A DNA stretch of 64,000 nt from Ptychomitrium polyphyllum (Eukaryota). The notes under the pieces are model-generated. The model saw nothing but the letters and a program-made list of their open reading frames with translations, was not told the DNA's origin and made no database searches. Numbering within the stretch: the first letter of the stretch is position 1; every line of letters starts with the position of its first letter. The position numbers were made by a program, and so were the translations under genes. The DNA is taken from the NCBI GenBank assembly GCA_973851085.1, contig OZ316775.1:12338001-12402000 (forward strand), read 5' to 3'. Of the stretch, positions 37,901 to 49,775 are shown piece by piece.

Positions 37901-40900
37901 AGATGTGCTCACCAATGAGCTGCCCGCAGAGTTACCGCCAAGAAGAGAAGTGGATCACAAAATTGAAGTGATACCGAGAACGGAGCCCCCTTCAAAGGCT
38001 CCATACCGGTTGAATCAAAAAGAGCTAGAGGAGTTGAAGAAGCAATTGAATGACTTGTTGGAAAGAGGCTATGTTAGGCCAAGTAAGTCGCCATATGGAG
38101 CACCGGTCCTCTTCGTGGACAAAAAGGATAGGAAGCTCCGCATGTGTGTCGACTATAGAGCCTTGAATAAAGCCACCATCAAGAACAACTATCCTTTGCC
38201 TCGCATTGATGACCTGTTTGATAGATTGGCGGGAGCTAAATACTTTAGTCGGATAGACTTGAAGTTGGGCTACTATCAAATCCGCATTGCGGATGAAGAC
38301 GTGCCAAAGACCGCATGCCGCACTAGGTATGGGTCCTATGAATTTTTGGTGATGCCATTCGGGTTGTGTAATGCTCCTTCGATGTTCACGATCCTCATGA
38401 ATACCATCTTTTGAGAAGAGATGGATGACTTTGTCATTGTCTACATTGATGACATCTTGGTGTACTCCAAGTTGGCGGAAGAACATGCAAGACACCTCGA
38501 AGTGGTGCTTCAAAAACTTAGGGACCACAAACTTTATGCCAACGGAGAAAAAAGTGAGTTTGTTCAACTTGAGATTGCGTTCTTGGGCCATATAATGACG
38601 GATGATGGAATCAAGCCGGACATAAGGAAGATAAAGGCAATTAGAGAATGGAAACAACCTTCTACACAAAAGGGACTGAGATCATTTCTCGGCCTAGCAA
38701 ATTATTATAGGAGGTTCATACGCACTTTTCCAAAATTGCTAGACCTTTGTCCGACTTGTTGAAGAAAGGAGCTAGCCAAGTATGGGATGGATTTTGTCAC
38801 CAAGCTTTTCAAGAACTCAAGGATAAATTGTCACAACCGCCGGTATTGAAGTTTCCCAAGTTTGAAAAGCCCTTTGAGGTCCACACGGATGCAAGTGACT
38901 TTGCCATTGGCGGAGCGCTCATGCAAGAAGGCATGCCAATTGCCTATGAGAGCAAGAAGTTGGATGGGTGCCAAAAGAGGTGGCCCACGCATGAGAAAAA
39001 ACTCTTTGCTGTAGTGCATTGTTTGAAAACATGGCGGCACTACTTAGGCCTACATAAAACCAAAGTCTACACGGACAACGTGTCCTTAAAGTACTTTGAG
39101 TCGCAGGCACAATGAGTGCAAATTCAACACTAGAGTTTAACCAAGATGGTGAGGACTTGGCCAAAAAGTGGGAACAGATGTTGGAAAAGACCAAGCTTTT
39201 GTTGGAAAAGGCACAAAAGCGGTACGAGAAAGAAGTCAATGCCGGAAGACGTGAAGTGGAGTATGAAGTAGGCCAAAAGATGTTATTGAATGTGAAGAAC
39301 TTTAGCTTGCCCAAAGGCCTCACTCCAAAGTTCATGTCCAAGTTTGCGGGGCCGTTTTCCATTGTGGAGCGGGTGTTTAAAGATGTGTACAAGTTGGAGC
39401 TACCACCCGAAATCAAAGTGCACCCAAAATTTCATGTTTCACTCCTTAATCCATTCAATAAAGATACCTTATGATCCAATCGCAAACAAGTGATTTGGCC
39501 ACCGTCGGAATTGGTAGGCGACCACTTGCAATACAAAGTAGAAGGAATTTTCAAGTGTAGGCACCACAAGAAAGTAGGAAAAGAGTATTTGGTGAAGTAG
39601 AGAGGGTACCATGAAAAGGAAGCAACTTGGGTAGCGGCCAAGGACTTGGGAAATGCCAATGAAGTGGTGGAACGCTTTGAAAGGGATAGGAACTCCAACA
39701 AATGACAACGTCGGCATTGATGAGGACATCAATCTCTTTTAGTAGGAGGAGAGAGGCTTGTAGCAGTAACTTCTTCATATGGTGTATTGATTCTTTGACT
39801 TATGGCATTAAAATTCAACTTTTGGGTGTGCAGAGAGAAGAGTATAAGATGACGTCTTAGTCTTGTGATTGTGCTAAGTTGGTAGAAGAGGGAGAATAGA
39901 CATGTGAAACCAAGTTGGGAAGGGCGAGTAATGTGGACCAAGGCTGGGAGGAGGAATGGTTAAAATCATGAAACCTCCTTACCTTGGGCTTTTCCGGGCG
40001 AGGACAAGTTAATTGTGCGTGCTCATAAAAGCGCCACTCCTACAAACTAATAAAAGTTAGTGCATGGGAGTCATGAACCCATGTCTCAATAGAGATAGTG
40101 GGATCCAGGTTGGGCGGAAAATGGCATTACCCCCGTGCGATTGAGTCGTGAAATGAAAGCCACCTTGGGTTTGCAACCAAGACAACTTGGTCGAGCATTG
40201 AGGTCTAGCCTAGTCAGAGAGGAGGAGTTAGGGCAGTGTAGCCTAACTAGGGAGTGTATCCCAAGAGGGTCTCAAAGTGAGTAGGTCTAGAGTAATTTAG
40301 GGCCCCAAAGATTTTTGTCTAGAGTGCCTAAACAGACCACCTCCTAAACGACACCTTTGAGACTTTGTCAAAGACTTATGAGTGCATTGTTGGGGTCGCA
40401 CCTTGGATGAAACACAATGCTGCACCACTAGAGGTTGGTAACCTTGGAATTGGTGTGCCGACTACAAGTATATTGAATGAGGGCATTGACTCCATTAAGG
40501 AGGAGTGCCCGCAACACTAAGGGCACAAGGGAGACCTTGGAGTGACGTCCGGAACTTGTGGCGCTGATAGTGAGGGAAACCAAGTTGGCCTAGCGTGGGA
40601 AGGATCCCTAAGGGGGAGAAACATCCTTGCCCATGTAGACCAAGGGCCACGAGGGATAGATGGCTGGCATTGGAAGAATCACGAAGAGCTGATTTTAGAA
40701 TGCTAAAAATTGTCCAAATCGGACAAGGGAGCTAAAAGTTATGGCATTCCAAAGTTGGGGTTGCCAAGGGGCTAATCTGGAGTGTGGCAGCCCTACACAG
40801 TGAATGTACTAGAGTGGGACAGTCCAGGGAGGGACTCCCCGGGAGTCCCAAACCTTGGGAGAGGCATATCTCCCACAATACTAACTCGAATCGGACGTTT

Positions 40901-41626
40901 GAGGAATCTATTGGCATCTACGCAAAGAGTGGATGACGATAGAGTGGTTGCTTAATACATTTGATCACCGGATGAGGAAGATATGGCTCCCTGAAGGTCC
41001 GCTGGGAGTCTCGGAGGCTTCTAGCGGCTAAGTCCCAAAGGAGATCGGGTGGTCTTCCAAAACTCTAGATGTGTCGGTGTTCAGCTAGCTACAGAGGGCC
41101 AGGGGGCCTGCCAAATTCCACAGAGAGTACTATAAGGGAGGGCTGGTCGCCCTCCCCACCTCTCTAGTGTCTCGGTAGAGACCAAGGGTGAGTTCCGGTT
41201 GGTGGAGCTAGTGTTGGGTCTTCACCACGGGGACTCCCACACCATTGTGAGCCGGTGGACGGCCGGTTTCACGAAGGGAACTAGCATGTTCATAAGGTTA
41301 CGCTTGTTACCACTAATTTGGGGTGGTGTCTTCACACCGGCACCATGATGGCCCGGGGTGATCTTAGGATCACATGGGCATCATGAGTGGTGGTGAGGAG
41401 ACACCACTAAGTGCGGTTAGGCCGTGTGGAGTGGGAGTAACACTAAGGAGGCCTTGGATATGAATGGAAGTCCGCACCTAAACATTGGCTACCAATAAAT
41501 TGGGTGTCCTAAGAGAAATGGTAGAAAAACTTGGAAAGTGAAAAGGAGGAATAACCATGTGCATATGGGGGTGTATAGGGTTGACGCGCGTGACGCTTGC
41601 TAAGGTGCATTACAAAGGTTGCGACA
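34931..41626 (+). mobile_element. Family B Ty3/gypsy chromovirus (defective, chimeric). 5' LTR 34931-36074, PBS 36077-36086, gag, PR, RT, RH, integrase core deleted, chromodomain ~39530-39680, 3' LTR ~40506-41626
   Basis: PBS TGGTATCAGA (tRNA-iMet type). Degenerate knuckle [15 protein letters not shown] protease, YIDD RT, TDASD RH, and YKVEGI..EYLVK*RGY..ATW chromodomain. The flanks (CTCTA / GCTGC) do not match. Confidence 0.92.
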
Positions 41627-42907
41627 GCTGCCGTTGTTGGAGACTCTGGATCCTTGTCTCAGCCACCCTCTCTTGGTTGGTGTCTCCAAAAGTAAATGAC
41701 AATGCTTCTATAAAAGCATCTAAGTTGTCCAATAATGGTGACTGCTTCTCCATTAGTGGTGCAAACCACAATAGTGCATTGTTTGATAATAGAATAGCCA
41801 CAAATCCCACTTGAGTTGTCCCATCAGGATAACGAGATTGATGCAAACTAGGGAAGAGTCTTATTTGTTGAACAAAGCCTCTCAATTTTAATCTTGATCC
41901 ATTATACTCGTCTGGCATCCTAATCTTTGGCTCTGCGTGGGTTTGACGTAAGCCTTTCTTTCCAATATTGGCCTCCCGCAATCAAAAAACCTCTTGATAT
42001 AGGCTTTGAATATCACCATTGGATTCTTCAGTTTGCCAAGTGAATTGCTCCAAATTGTTGGTGGTATTAAAACGGGCAAATTTCGTTCGAACTATGTATT
42101 ATAATTCTTGAAGCTCTACAATAGTTGCAAACCTATTCTTTGATGTTTCAGACACATTATCCATTTCTTAAGACTCTCAAAGACAGAAAGAGTATGAGTA
42201 TCTTCAAAGGAAGAAATCCACGTCCTTTCAAAGAAATAATACTTGATTCTAGAAGAAGAAACCAACTCTATGGTGTCAGCTTAGAGGAGGGTAATCCGCA
42301 ACCTCTAAGATGCAATGAAATCCTAAAGAAAATGGGTAATCCATAATCTTCTTCAAAGAACCTTAGCTCTGACAAAGATGAAAAGTAGTCTTGCCAAACT
42401 GATAGGGACACAAGAAACAAGAAGCAGAAACCAAGTGTTTCCCAAGAATTAGCTTCCAAAGAGCTAATGATTAACAACAACTTGATACAAAACTAGAACA
42501 AGGCAGGATTCAAGATGATCCACAACTTGTATTGGCAAGACTAAGGAATAGCTTGTCTTGCCTCCTATTTATACTAGGACGTTTGTATCTCCTATGATAC
42601 TTCTAAAGAAGCTTCCTACAAGGCTTAAGAATGTTCTGGAAGTCTAAGGAACCTTCTCAAGAAGTTTCCTAAGATGTTAGAACCTTCCTAAGAAGCTTCC
42701 AAGTAGCTGGAACCTTCCTAGGAAGTTTTCTAAGATGCTAAAACCTTCCTAGGAAGTTTCATAAGGTGGAGGAACTTTCCTAGGAAGCTTCCTAAGAACA
42801 TGGAAAGACTATGAAAACATTCAAAATTATTCTAAGAAGCTACTATAGTATACTAGAAGGTTCTAGAATGTTCTAAGGACTATGTTGCATGATCTATGTC
42901 CGTGACA
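41627..42907 (-). mobile_element. Family A copy A2: 5' LTR (42907-42400), PBS and 5' gag, truncated at the family B 3' LTR
   Basis: Reverse-complement A LTR of 508 bp with fewer internal repeats. ORF 41610-41981 is gag. It sits inside the RT of the inverted copy to its right. Confidence 0.9.
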
Positions 42908-45900
42908 TTGTTCATCCTTTGAATATATCAGAATGTCATCTAAGTAGATGACTATAAATTCGTTCAGATATTCATGGAAGATATCATTCATCATATGTTG
43001 GAAGACTGCGGGAGCATCAGTTAGGCCAAAAGGCATGACATTGTATTCAAAATGACCATATCGAGATCAAAAAATTGACTTCCATTCGTCTCTTTCTTTG
43101 ATGCATACAAGATTGTAGGATCCTCTAACATCAATTTTGGTGATTATCTTTGCTTGGCCAAGTTGTTGTAGGAGTCCTGAGATTAATGGTAATGGATAGC
43201 GATTCTTTTTTGTTACTTTATTGAGGCCTTGATAGTCCACGCACATATGTAATGATCCATCTTTCTTCTTTACAAATAGAATGGGTACTCCAGCAGGTGA
43301 TTTAGAGTATTGAATGAAACCCTTTCCAAGGTTTTCATCAATATATTCTCTCAAGGCAGCCAACTCAGTTTGTGATAAGTTATAAATAGGTCCAAAGGGT
43401 GGTTGGGCTCCTTCTTGCAACTCAATGGTACAATTGTAAGGCCGGTGCTTTGGTAACATGTCCGCATTCTTCTTTTCAAAAAGGTCTTTATAATCTTGAT
43501 ATTGACGAGGTATGTTTTGATTAGTCTCTATTGTAGAGCTAGACATTAGTGTGGCATAAACGGCATAGATTGGTTCATCTTTTGCCGCTCTCATAAATGC
43601 CTTAGCTCCAATAAATGATGGCCCAAGATTTCTTGTATTTTGACGTCTTTTCTTTGAGACCACACTTTGTGAGCGCCAGTCAATGTCTGGACTATGTAAT
43701 TTAAACCAAAGAAGGCCAAAAACAATAGGATTTGTTTGGCATTTAATGATGTTGAAGACAATCTTAGATGCCTGACCTCCTAAAACAACCTCTTGGAGTT
43801 GAGCTTCTTCAATAACGTTTGCCAGACGCAAGAGATCATTCATCAATAACTTCAACAAGTGTGGGATATTTTTTGTTCATAAGCACCATGTGATGTTTGG
43901 TTGCAAAATCCTTGTCCATGAAACATATTGTTGCACCAATGTCTAAAAGAGCCTCACTAATTATTTCATCATCTAATAACTTAATTTTGATAGGAAATAT
44001 AAAACAAGAGGTAGGGTTTGAAGGTAGAAAGAGACCTTGATTTGATGGTCGTTTCCTTATGGTGTCTAGTTGCATGGTCCCTACTGTGACTAGACAGCCT
44101 TGTTTTCCAACTCCACCATTGTGCTTTGAGCCTTGAAGGCAAATCTTTTGATTTGGCAATTGCGCATTTTATGTCCAGACTTGCCACAATACAAACATAG
44201 GTTTTCTCTTTGACGCCTTTTCTTTTCTTTTGGAGTCAAACGTCTAAACTGGGCAGCATCAATTTGCATAGGTTCTGGTTCTTGTGGTCGATTTTCCAAT
44301 ATTCTTGAAGAAGTGGTAGCCATGTTTTGATGTACTGGTCGCCATTCCAAGCGTTGTTCTTGGCGCCTCTCAAATAGTCTGTCGTCACATGCTATTGCTT
44401 GAGTGATGAATTCGTCCAATGTTTCAATTCTTGGCTTTGTGAGTAGCAAGTCCTTTACGTTCTCTCTTAAGCTCCATCGGAATCGTGTGACCAAGGCTTT
44501 ATCATTCCAATCAAGGTCGCAAGCTAATTGTCGAAACTCTGCAGCATATGTAGCAGCTGAGCGCTGCCGTTGTTGGAGACCCTAGATCCTTGTCTCAGCC
44601 ACCCTCTCTCGGTCGGTGTCTCCAAAAGTAGATGTCAATGCTTCTATAAAAGCATCTAAGTTGTTCAATAATGGTGACTGCTTCTGTCGCAACCCTTGCA
44701 ATGCACCTTAGCAAGCGTCACGCATATCAACCCTGTACACCCCCACATGCACATGGTTAACCCCCCTTCTCACTCTCCAAGTCCCTCTACCATTTCTCTT
44801 AGGACAACCAATTGATTGATAGCCAATGTTTAGGTGTAGACTTCCATTCATGTCCAAAGCCTCACTTGGTGTTATTCCCATTCCACACAGCCTAACCGCA
44901 CGTAGTGGTGTCTCCTCACCACCACTCATGATCCCCATGTGATCCTAAGATCACCTCGAGCCAACATAGAGCCAACGTGAAGACACCACCCCAACTTAGT
45001 GGTAATAAGCATGCCCTCTTGATCTCACTAGTTCCTTCCGTGAAACCGGCCATCCACCGGCTCACAATGGTGTGGGAGTCCCCGTGGTGAAGCCCCAATA
45101 CTAGCTGCACCAACCGGGACTCACTCTTGGTTTTTACAGGGACACTAGGGGAGTGGGGAGGGGGACCAGCCCTCCCGTATAGTACTCTTTGTAGGATTTG
45201 GCAGGCCCCCTGACCCTCCGTAGCTAGCTGAACCTCGACACACCCAAAGTTTTAGAGCACCACCCGATCTCCCTTGGGACTTAGCCGTTGGAAGCCTCCG
45301 TAACTCCTTGCGGACCTTCAGGGAGCCATATCTTCCATGTTCGGTTCTTGAATCTATCAAGAAACCATTCTATTGTCGTCTATTCCTCAAGGAGATGTCG
45401 ATAGACTCCTCAAACGTCCGATTTGAGTTTGTATTGTGGGAGATATGCCTCTTCCAAGGTTAGGGACTCCCGGGGAGTCTCTCCCTGGGCTGTCCTAGTC
45501 TAGTACAGTCACTATGTAGGGCTGCCACAGTCCAGAAGAGCCCCTTGGCAGCCCCAACTTTGGGATGCCATAACTTTTAGCTCCCTTGTTTGATTTGAGC
45601 AATCTTTAGCATTCTAGAATCAGCTCTTTGTGATTCCTCCAATGCCTATGATTTATTCCTTGTGGCCCTTGGTCTACATGGGCTAGGATGTTTCTCCTTC
45701 TAGTGATTTTTCTCACACTAGGCCCACTTGGTTCCCCTCATTATCAGCGCCACAAGTTCCAGACGTCACTCTAAGGTCCTCTTTGTGTCCTTAGTGTTGT
45801 GGGCATTCTTCAATGAGAGGTGCGCGACAGCTTCTGCTTTAGTGGTGCAAACCACAATAGTGCATTGTTTGATAAAAGAGTGGCCACAAATCCCACTTGA

Positions 45901-46851
45901 ATTGTCCCATCAGGATAGCAAGATTGATGCAAATTAAGGAAGAGCCTTACTTGTTGAACAAAGCCTCTCAATTTTGATCTTGATCCATTATACTCGTCTG
46001 GCATGCTAATCTTTGGCTCTGCATGGGTTTGACGTAAGCCTTCCCTTCCAATATTGGCCTCTCGCAATCGAACAACCTCTTGATATAGGCTTTGAATATC
46101 ACCATTGGATTCTTCAGCTTGCCGAGTGTGTTGCTCCAAATTGTTGGTGGTATTAAAACGGGCGAGTTCTGTTTGAACTATGTATCATAATTCTTGAAGC
46201 TCTGCAATAGTTGCAAACCTATTCTCTGATGTTTCAGGCACGTTATCCATTTTTTAAGACTCTCAAAGACAGAAAGAGTATGAGTACCTTCAAAGGAGAA
46301 AAATCCACGTGCTTTGAAAGAAGTAATACTTGGTTTTAGAAGGAGAAACCAACTCTATGGTGCCAGCTTAGAGGAGGATAATCCGCAACCTCTAAGACAT
46401 TATGGAATCCTATAGAAGATGGGTAATCCACAATCTTCTTCAAAGAACCTTAGCTCTGACAGAGATGAACAGTAGTCTTACCAAACTGTTAGGGACATAT
46501 GAAACAAGAAGCAGAAACGAAGTGTTTTCCAAGAATTAGCTTCTAAAGAGCTAATGATTAACAAGAATTTGATACAAAACTAGAACAAGGCAGGATTCAA
46601 GATGATCCACAACTTGTGTTGGCAAGACTAAGGAATAGCTTGTCTTGCCTCCTATTTATACTATGACGTTTGTATCTCCTTAGGATACTTCTAAAGAAGC
46701 TTCCTACAAGGCTTAGGAATGTTCTGGAAGTCTAGGGAACCTTCTCAAGAAGTTTCCTAAGATGTTGGAACCTTCCTGATGAGCTATTATAATATATTAG
46801 AAGATTCTAGAATGTACTAGGGATTATGTTGCATGATTTATGTCCGTCACA
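42908..46851 (-). mobile_element. Family A copy A1': inverted near-identical duplicate of 26583-30454, including the B solo LTR (44685-45829); LTR outer end at 46851
   Basis: Matching ORF coordinates all sum to 73362 and the translations are nearly identical. Confidence 0.95.
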
Positions 46852-46899
46852 CTGCCGTCCTTGTGGCACATTCTTTTATTGTTGGATTCTCATATTGTA

Positions 46900-47950
46900 G
46901 AGGCCATAATATTGCATCTTTGGATCTTGTCCATAATTGGAATTGAATGATGTTTATTAGGTGGATGTTTGGACGGTGTTGTTGGCAAACACAACCAGTG
47001 TCAAGCAAGAAGTATAATCATATGTTGGTAGTTGGTAGTACACTTCAAATATTGTTTCAAGATTTGGTTGATTTGCTCTATTTGGCCATGGATTCGAGGA
47101 TGGAAGGTTGAAGAGAGTTTGATGTCCATCTTAAGGTTTTCAAAGAGTGACTTCCGGAACGTTGATATGAATTGCAGTCCACAATCCAATATAATATTGT
47201 CGGACGATCCATGGTTGCGGTAGATTTTATCTATAAAGAGTATTGCAATCTCTTTGCTTTTAATCAATTTTTTGCAAGGTACAAACTATACCATCTAGGT
47301 CAACCAATCTACCACTATAAAGATGGTATTAAAAATATGTGACAGTGGATGATCCATGATGAAATCTATAGAAATAAGTGACCACGTTTGTCTTGGAATA
47401 AGCAATGGTTGGAAAAGTCGATATGGGCAGTGTCAAAGATTCTTTAGTAGAAAGCATGTATCATACAAGAGAATGAATTTCTTAATTATCTTTCACATTG
47501 AGGCCACCAAAAGTTTTAAGAAAGGAGTTCCAAAGCTTTGTTGACTTCAAAATGTCTAGCGGCAAGAAGTTCATGATGTGTTTGAAATATCCAAAGGTGG
47601 ATTGATCTTTTAGGAATATATAAGCATTTTCCAAAGTATAGGAGATTGTTTTGAAACTTGAACTTAGATACATCTTTGGGCACTTTCAAACAAGTGGCGC
47701 CATTCTTATGAGGAATCTACAATTGCAAGGATTTCATTGTTGTGAATCTTAAAGCAGTTGAAAGTATTTTTAGAATGGAATGCAACCAAGTGGACTCTCT
47801 CTTCTTTTCATAATTGTGTCAAAAGTGCTTCTAATGCGAAATTGCAAGCATCTGTCTTTATATCAATTGCCTTTGAAAAATACAAATGGAACAAAATATG
47901 AACTATTATAAAAGCTTGCTTTAAATTTTGAAATGCATCCACAACATTAA
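46900..47950 (-). pseudogene. Highly decayed gypsy pol fragment (RNase H to integrase)
   Basis: ORF 47001-47267 resembles the integrase core (LSSTFHPRIHGQIEQINQILKQYL). An RNase H-like ..TDACNFALEALL segment lies at ~47860. Confidence 0.7.
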
Positions 47951-48599
47951 GATTTAATCATAAACATAGATAATAAAACAACGTCTTTAGAATCTATTGC
48001 AATCAATTGCTACATTTTACTAGCTTTTTTAATTACTTAAATGGTTCCATAGCCAATCCAATTCTTGAGGAACCTCTACAAAAGATTCCACTTCTTTGAA
48101 AAACTTCTTAGGAAAATTCAACCTCTTTAAGAACTCCTTGCAAATGTTCCATCTTGTTTGAAAAATTCCTAAGCAAAGTTTTAAAGACTTCAAAAACATT
48201 CTTAAGTTCATAAAAAGCTTCTAGAGACGTATTACAATAAATACAATCGTCATAATATAAAAAAAAGTAATGGTCTTTTTGAAGAAGGCTAAATCTCTTA
48301 AAAGATGCAAATACTTTTCCACTAAAGATAATGATGGTCTTATTGTCTCTAACAAACTTAAATAGGAAACAAAGCAACTCCTTGACCATAAATTTCCAAA
48401 GTTCCATACTTGATTTAGAATCTAAGCCTTTATATATTGGATTTATTATAGTTCTTTGAAATTCATTTGGTATATTAGATATAGGCGGAAAAAACGCAGA
48501 TATTATGCTAGTGGTGTCAATCCAACCAAGTAGCTTGCAACAATGACGTCGTAACAAAGAACAAATTGGACAAAGAACACGTTGAAAGATACCTAACAA

Positions 48600-49201
48600 A
48601 AAAATGTTGGTGATTGTCTTTAAAGTAGAATTAGTTTAGGAGGACATTCAGAAGCCGTATTTGAAGGACGCTTTTACAACAAAGATACGGAAGTTCATAC
48701 TTGATCCAAAGTAAAAGGAGTTGGACACCATCAATGGTTACAAAAACCCATAAACCATTTGAATTGTGAAAAACAGTTGGAGTATGTTGTAGACACCAAG
48801 CGACAAATTTTTGACTTCCTCAGATTCTGAGTACTAAGTGCAACATACTTCTTAGAGATTTCAGAGCTAGAAGAAGAGATGATGTCACAGACATACATAT
48901 TATGCGCATCTAGAAAGGTTCTTAGAAATTAAAAGAAGCCTCTAAGGAGGTCACCTTAGTATATGAAGCTTCTAAGGAACTCACCTTGACTTAGAAGCGT
49001 CCAAAGAAGATACTAGCGGTTCCTTGAGTTTGAAGCAATGTATTAAAAGCTTCTTAAGAAGCTTCCAAGGCTTATAGCCTTAATATATATAAGAGTCGAG
49101 GTTGAAAATACCTTTGCAATTGACAATGCATATTTTGTGGTCTAGCTCAGATCTTCCGGCCCTATTCTTATATTTTATTATAGCTCTTTATTTCTAATAT
49201 A
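48600..49201 (+). mobile_element. Old element 3' region, PPT and LTR beginning at 48883
   Basis: AAGAAGAGATGA|TGTCACAGACATAC. Homologous to the 25200-25680 relic. Confidence 0.6.
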
Positions 49202-49206
49202 CATTG

Positions 49207-49775
49207 TGTTAGGAACACAAGAAACAAGAAGCGGAATCAAAGCGTTTCTATAGAATTAGCTTCCAAAGAACTAATGATTTACAAGAACTTGATACAAAGA
49301 CCAGAATAAGGCAAGATTCAAGATGATCCACAACTTGTGTTGGCAAGATTAAGGAATATCTTGTCTTGCCTATTATTTATACTATGATGCTTGTATCTTG
49401 TAGGATGCTTTTAAAGAAGCTTCCTACAAGGCTTAAAGATGTTTTAGACTATGGAACCGTTCTAAGAAGTTTCTTAAGATGTTGGAACCTTCTTAAGAAA
49501 CTTTCAAGGAAATGGATCCTTCTTTGGAAATTTCCTAAGGTGGAGGAACCTTTATAGGAAGTTTCTTAAAGAGTTAAAATCTTCCTAGGAAGTTTTATAG
49601 AGTGATGTAACCTTACTAAGAAGTTTCTTGAGGTAGTGGAACTTTCCTCCAAAATTTCTTAAATATGTGGAAACGGTTATGGAAACATTTGAAAGTATTC
49701 TAAGAAGCTACTATTATATACTAGAAGGTTTTAAAAGGTTCTAAAAACTATATTGCATGATCTATGTCCGTAATA
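49207..49775 (-). mobile_element. Family A solo LTR (569 bp, degenerate)
   Basis: Reverse complement of the A LTR. TSD CATTG at 49202-49206 and 49776-49780. Confidence 0.9.

Noticed and set aside
38025..38669. 214-aa antisense ORF (and similar ones opposite PPR, LNK and pol)
   Set aside because: Shadow frames of real coding sequence, with no independent support.
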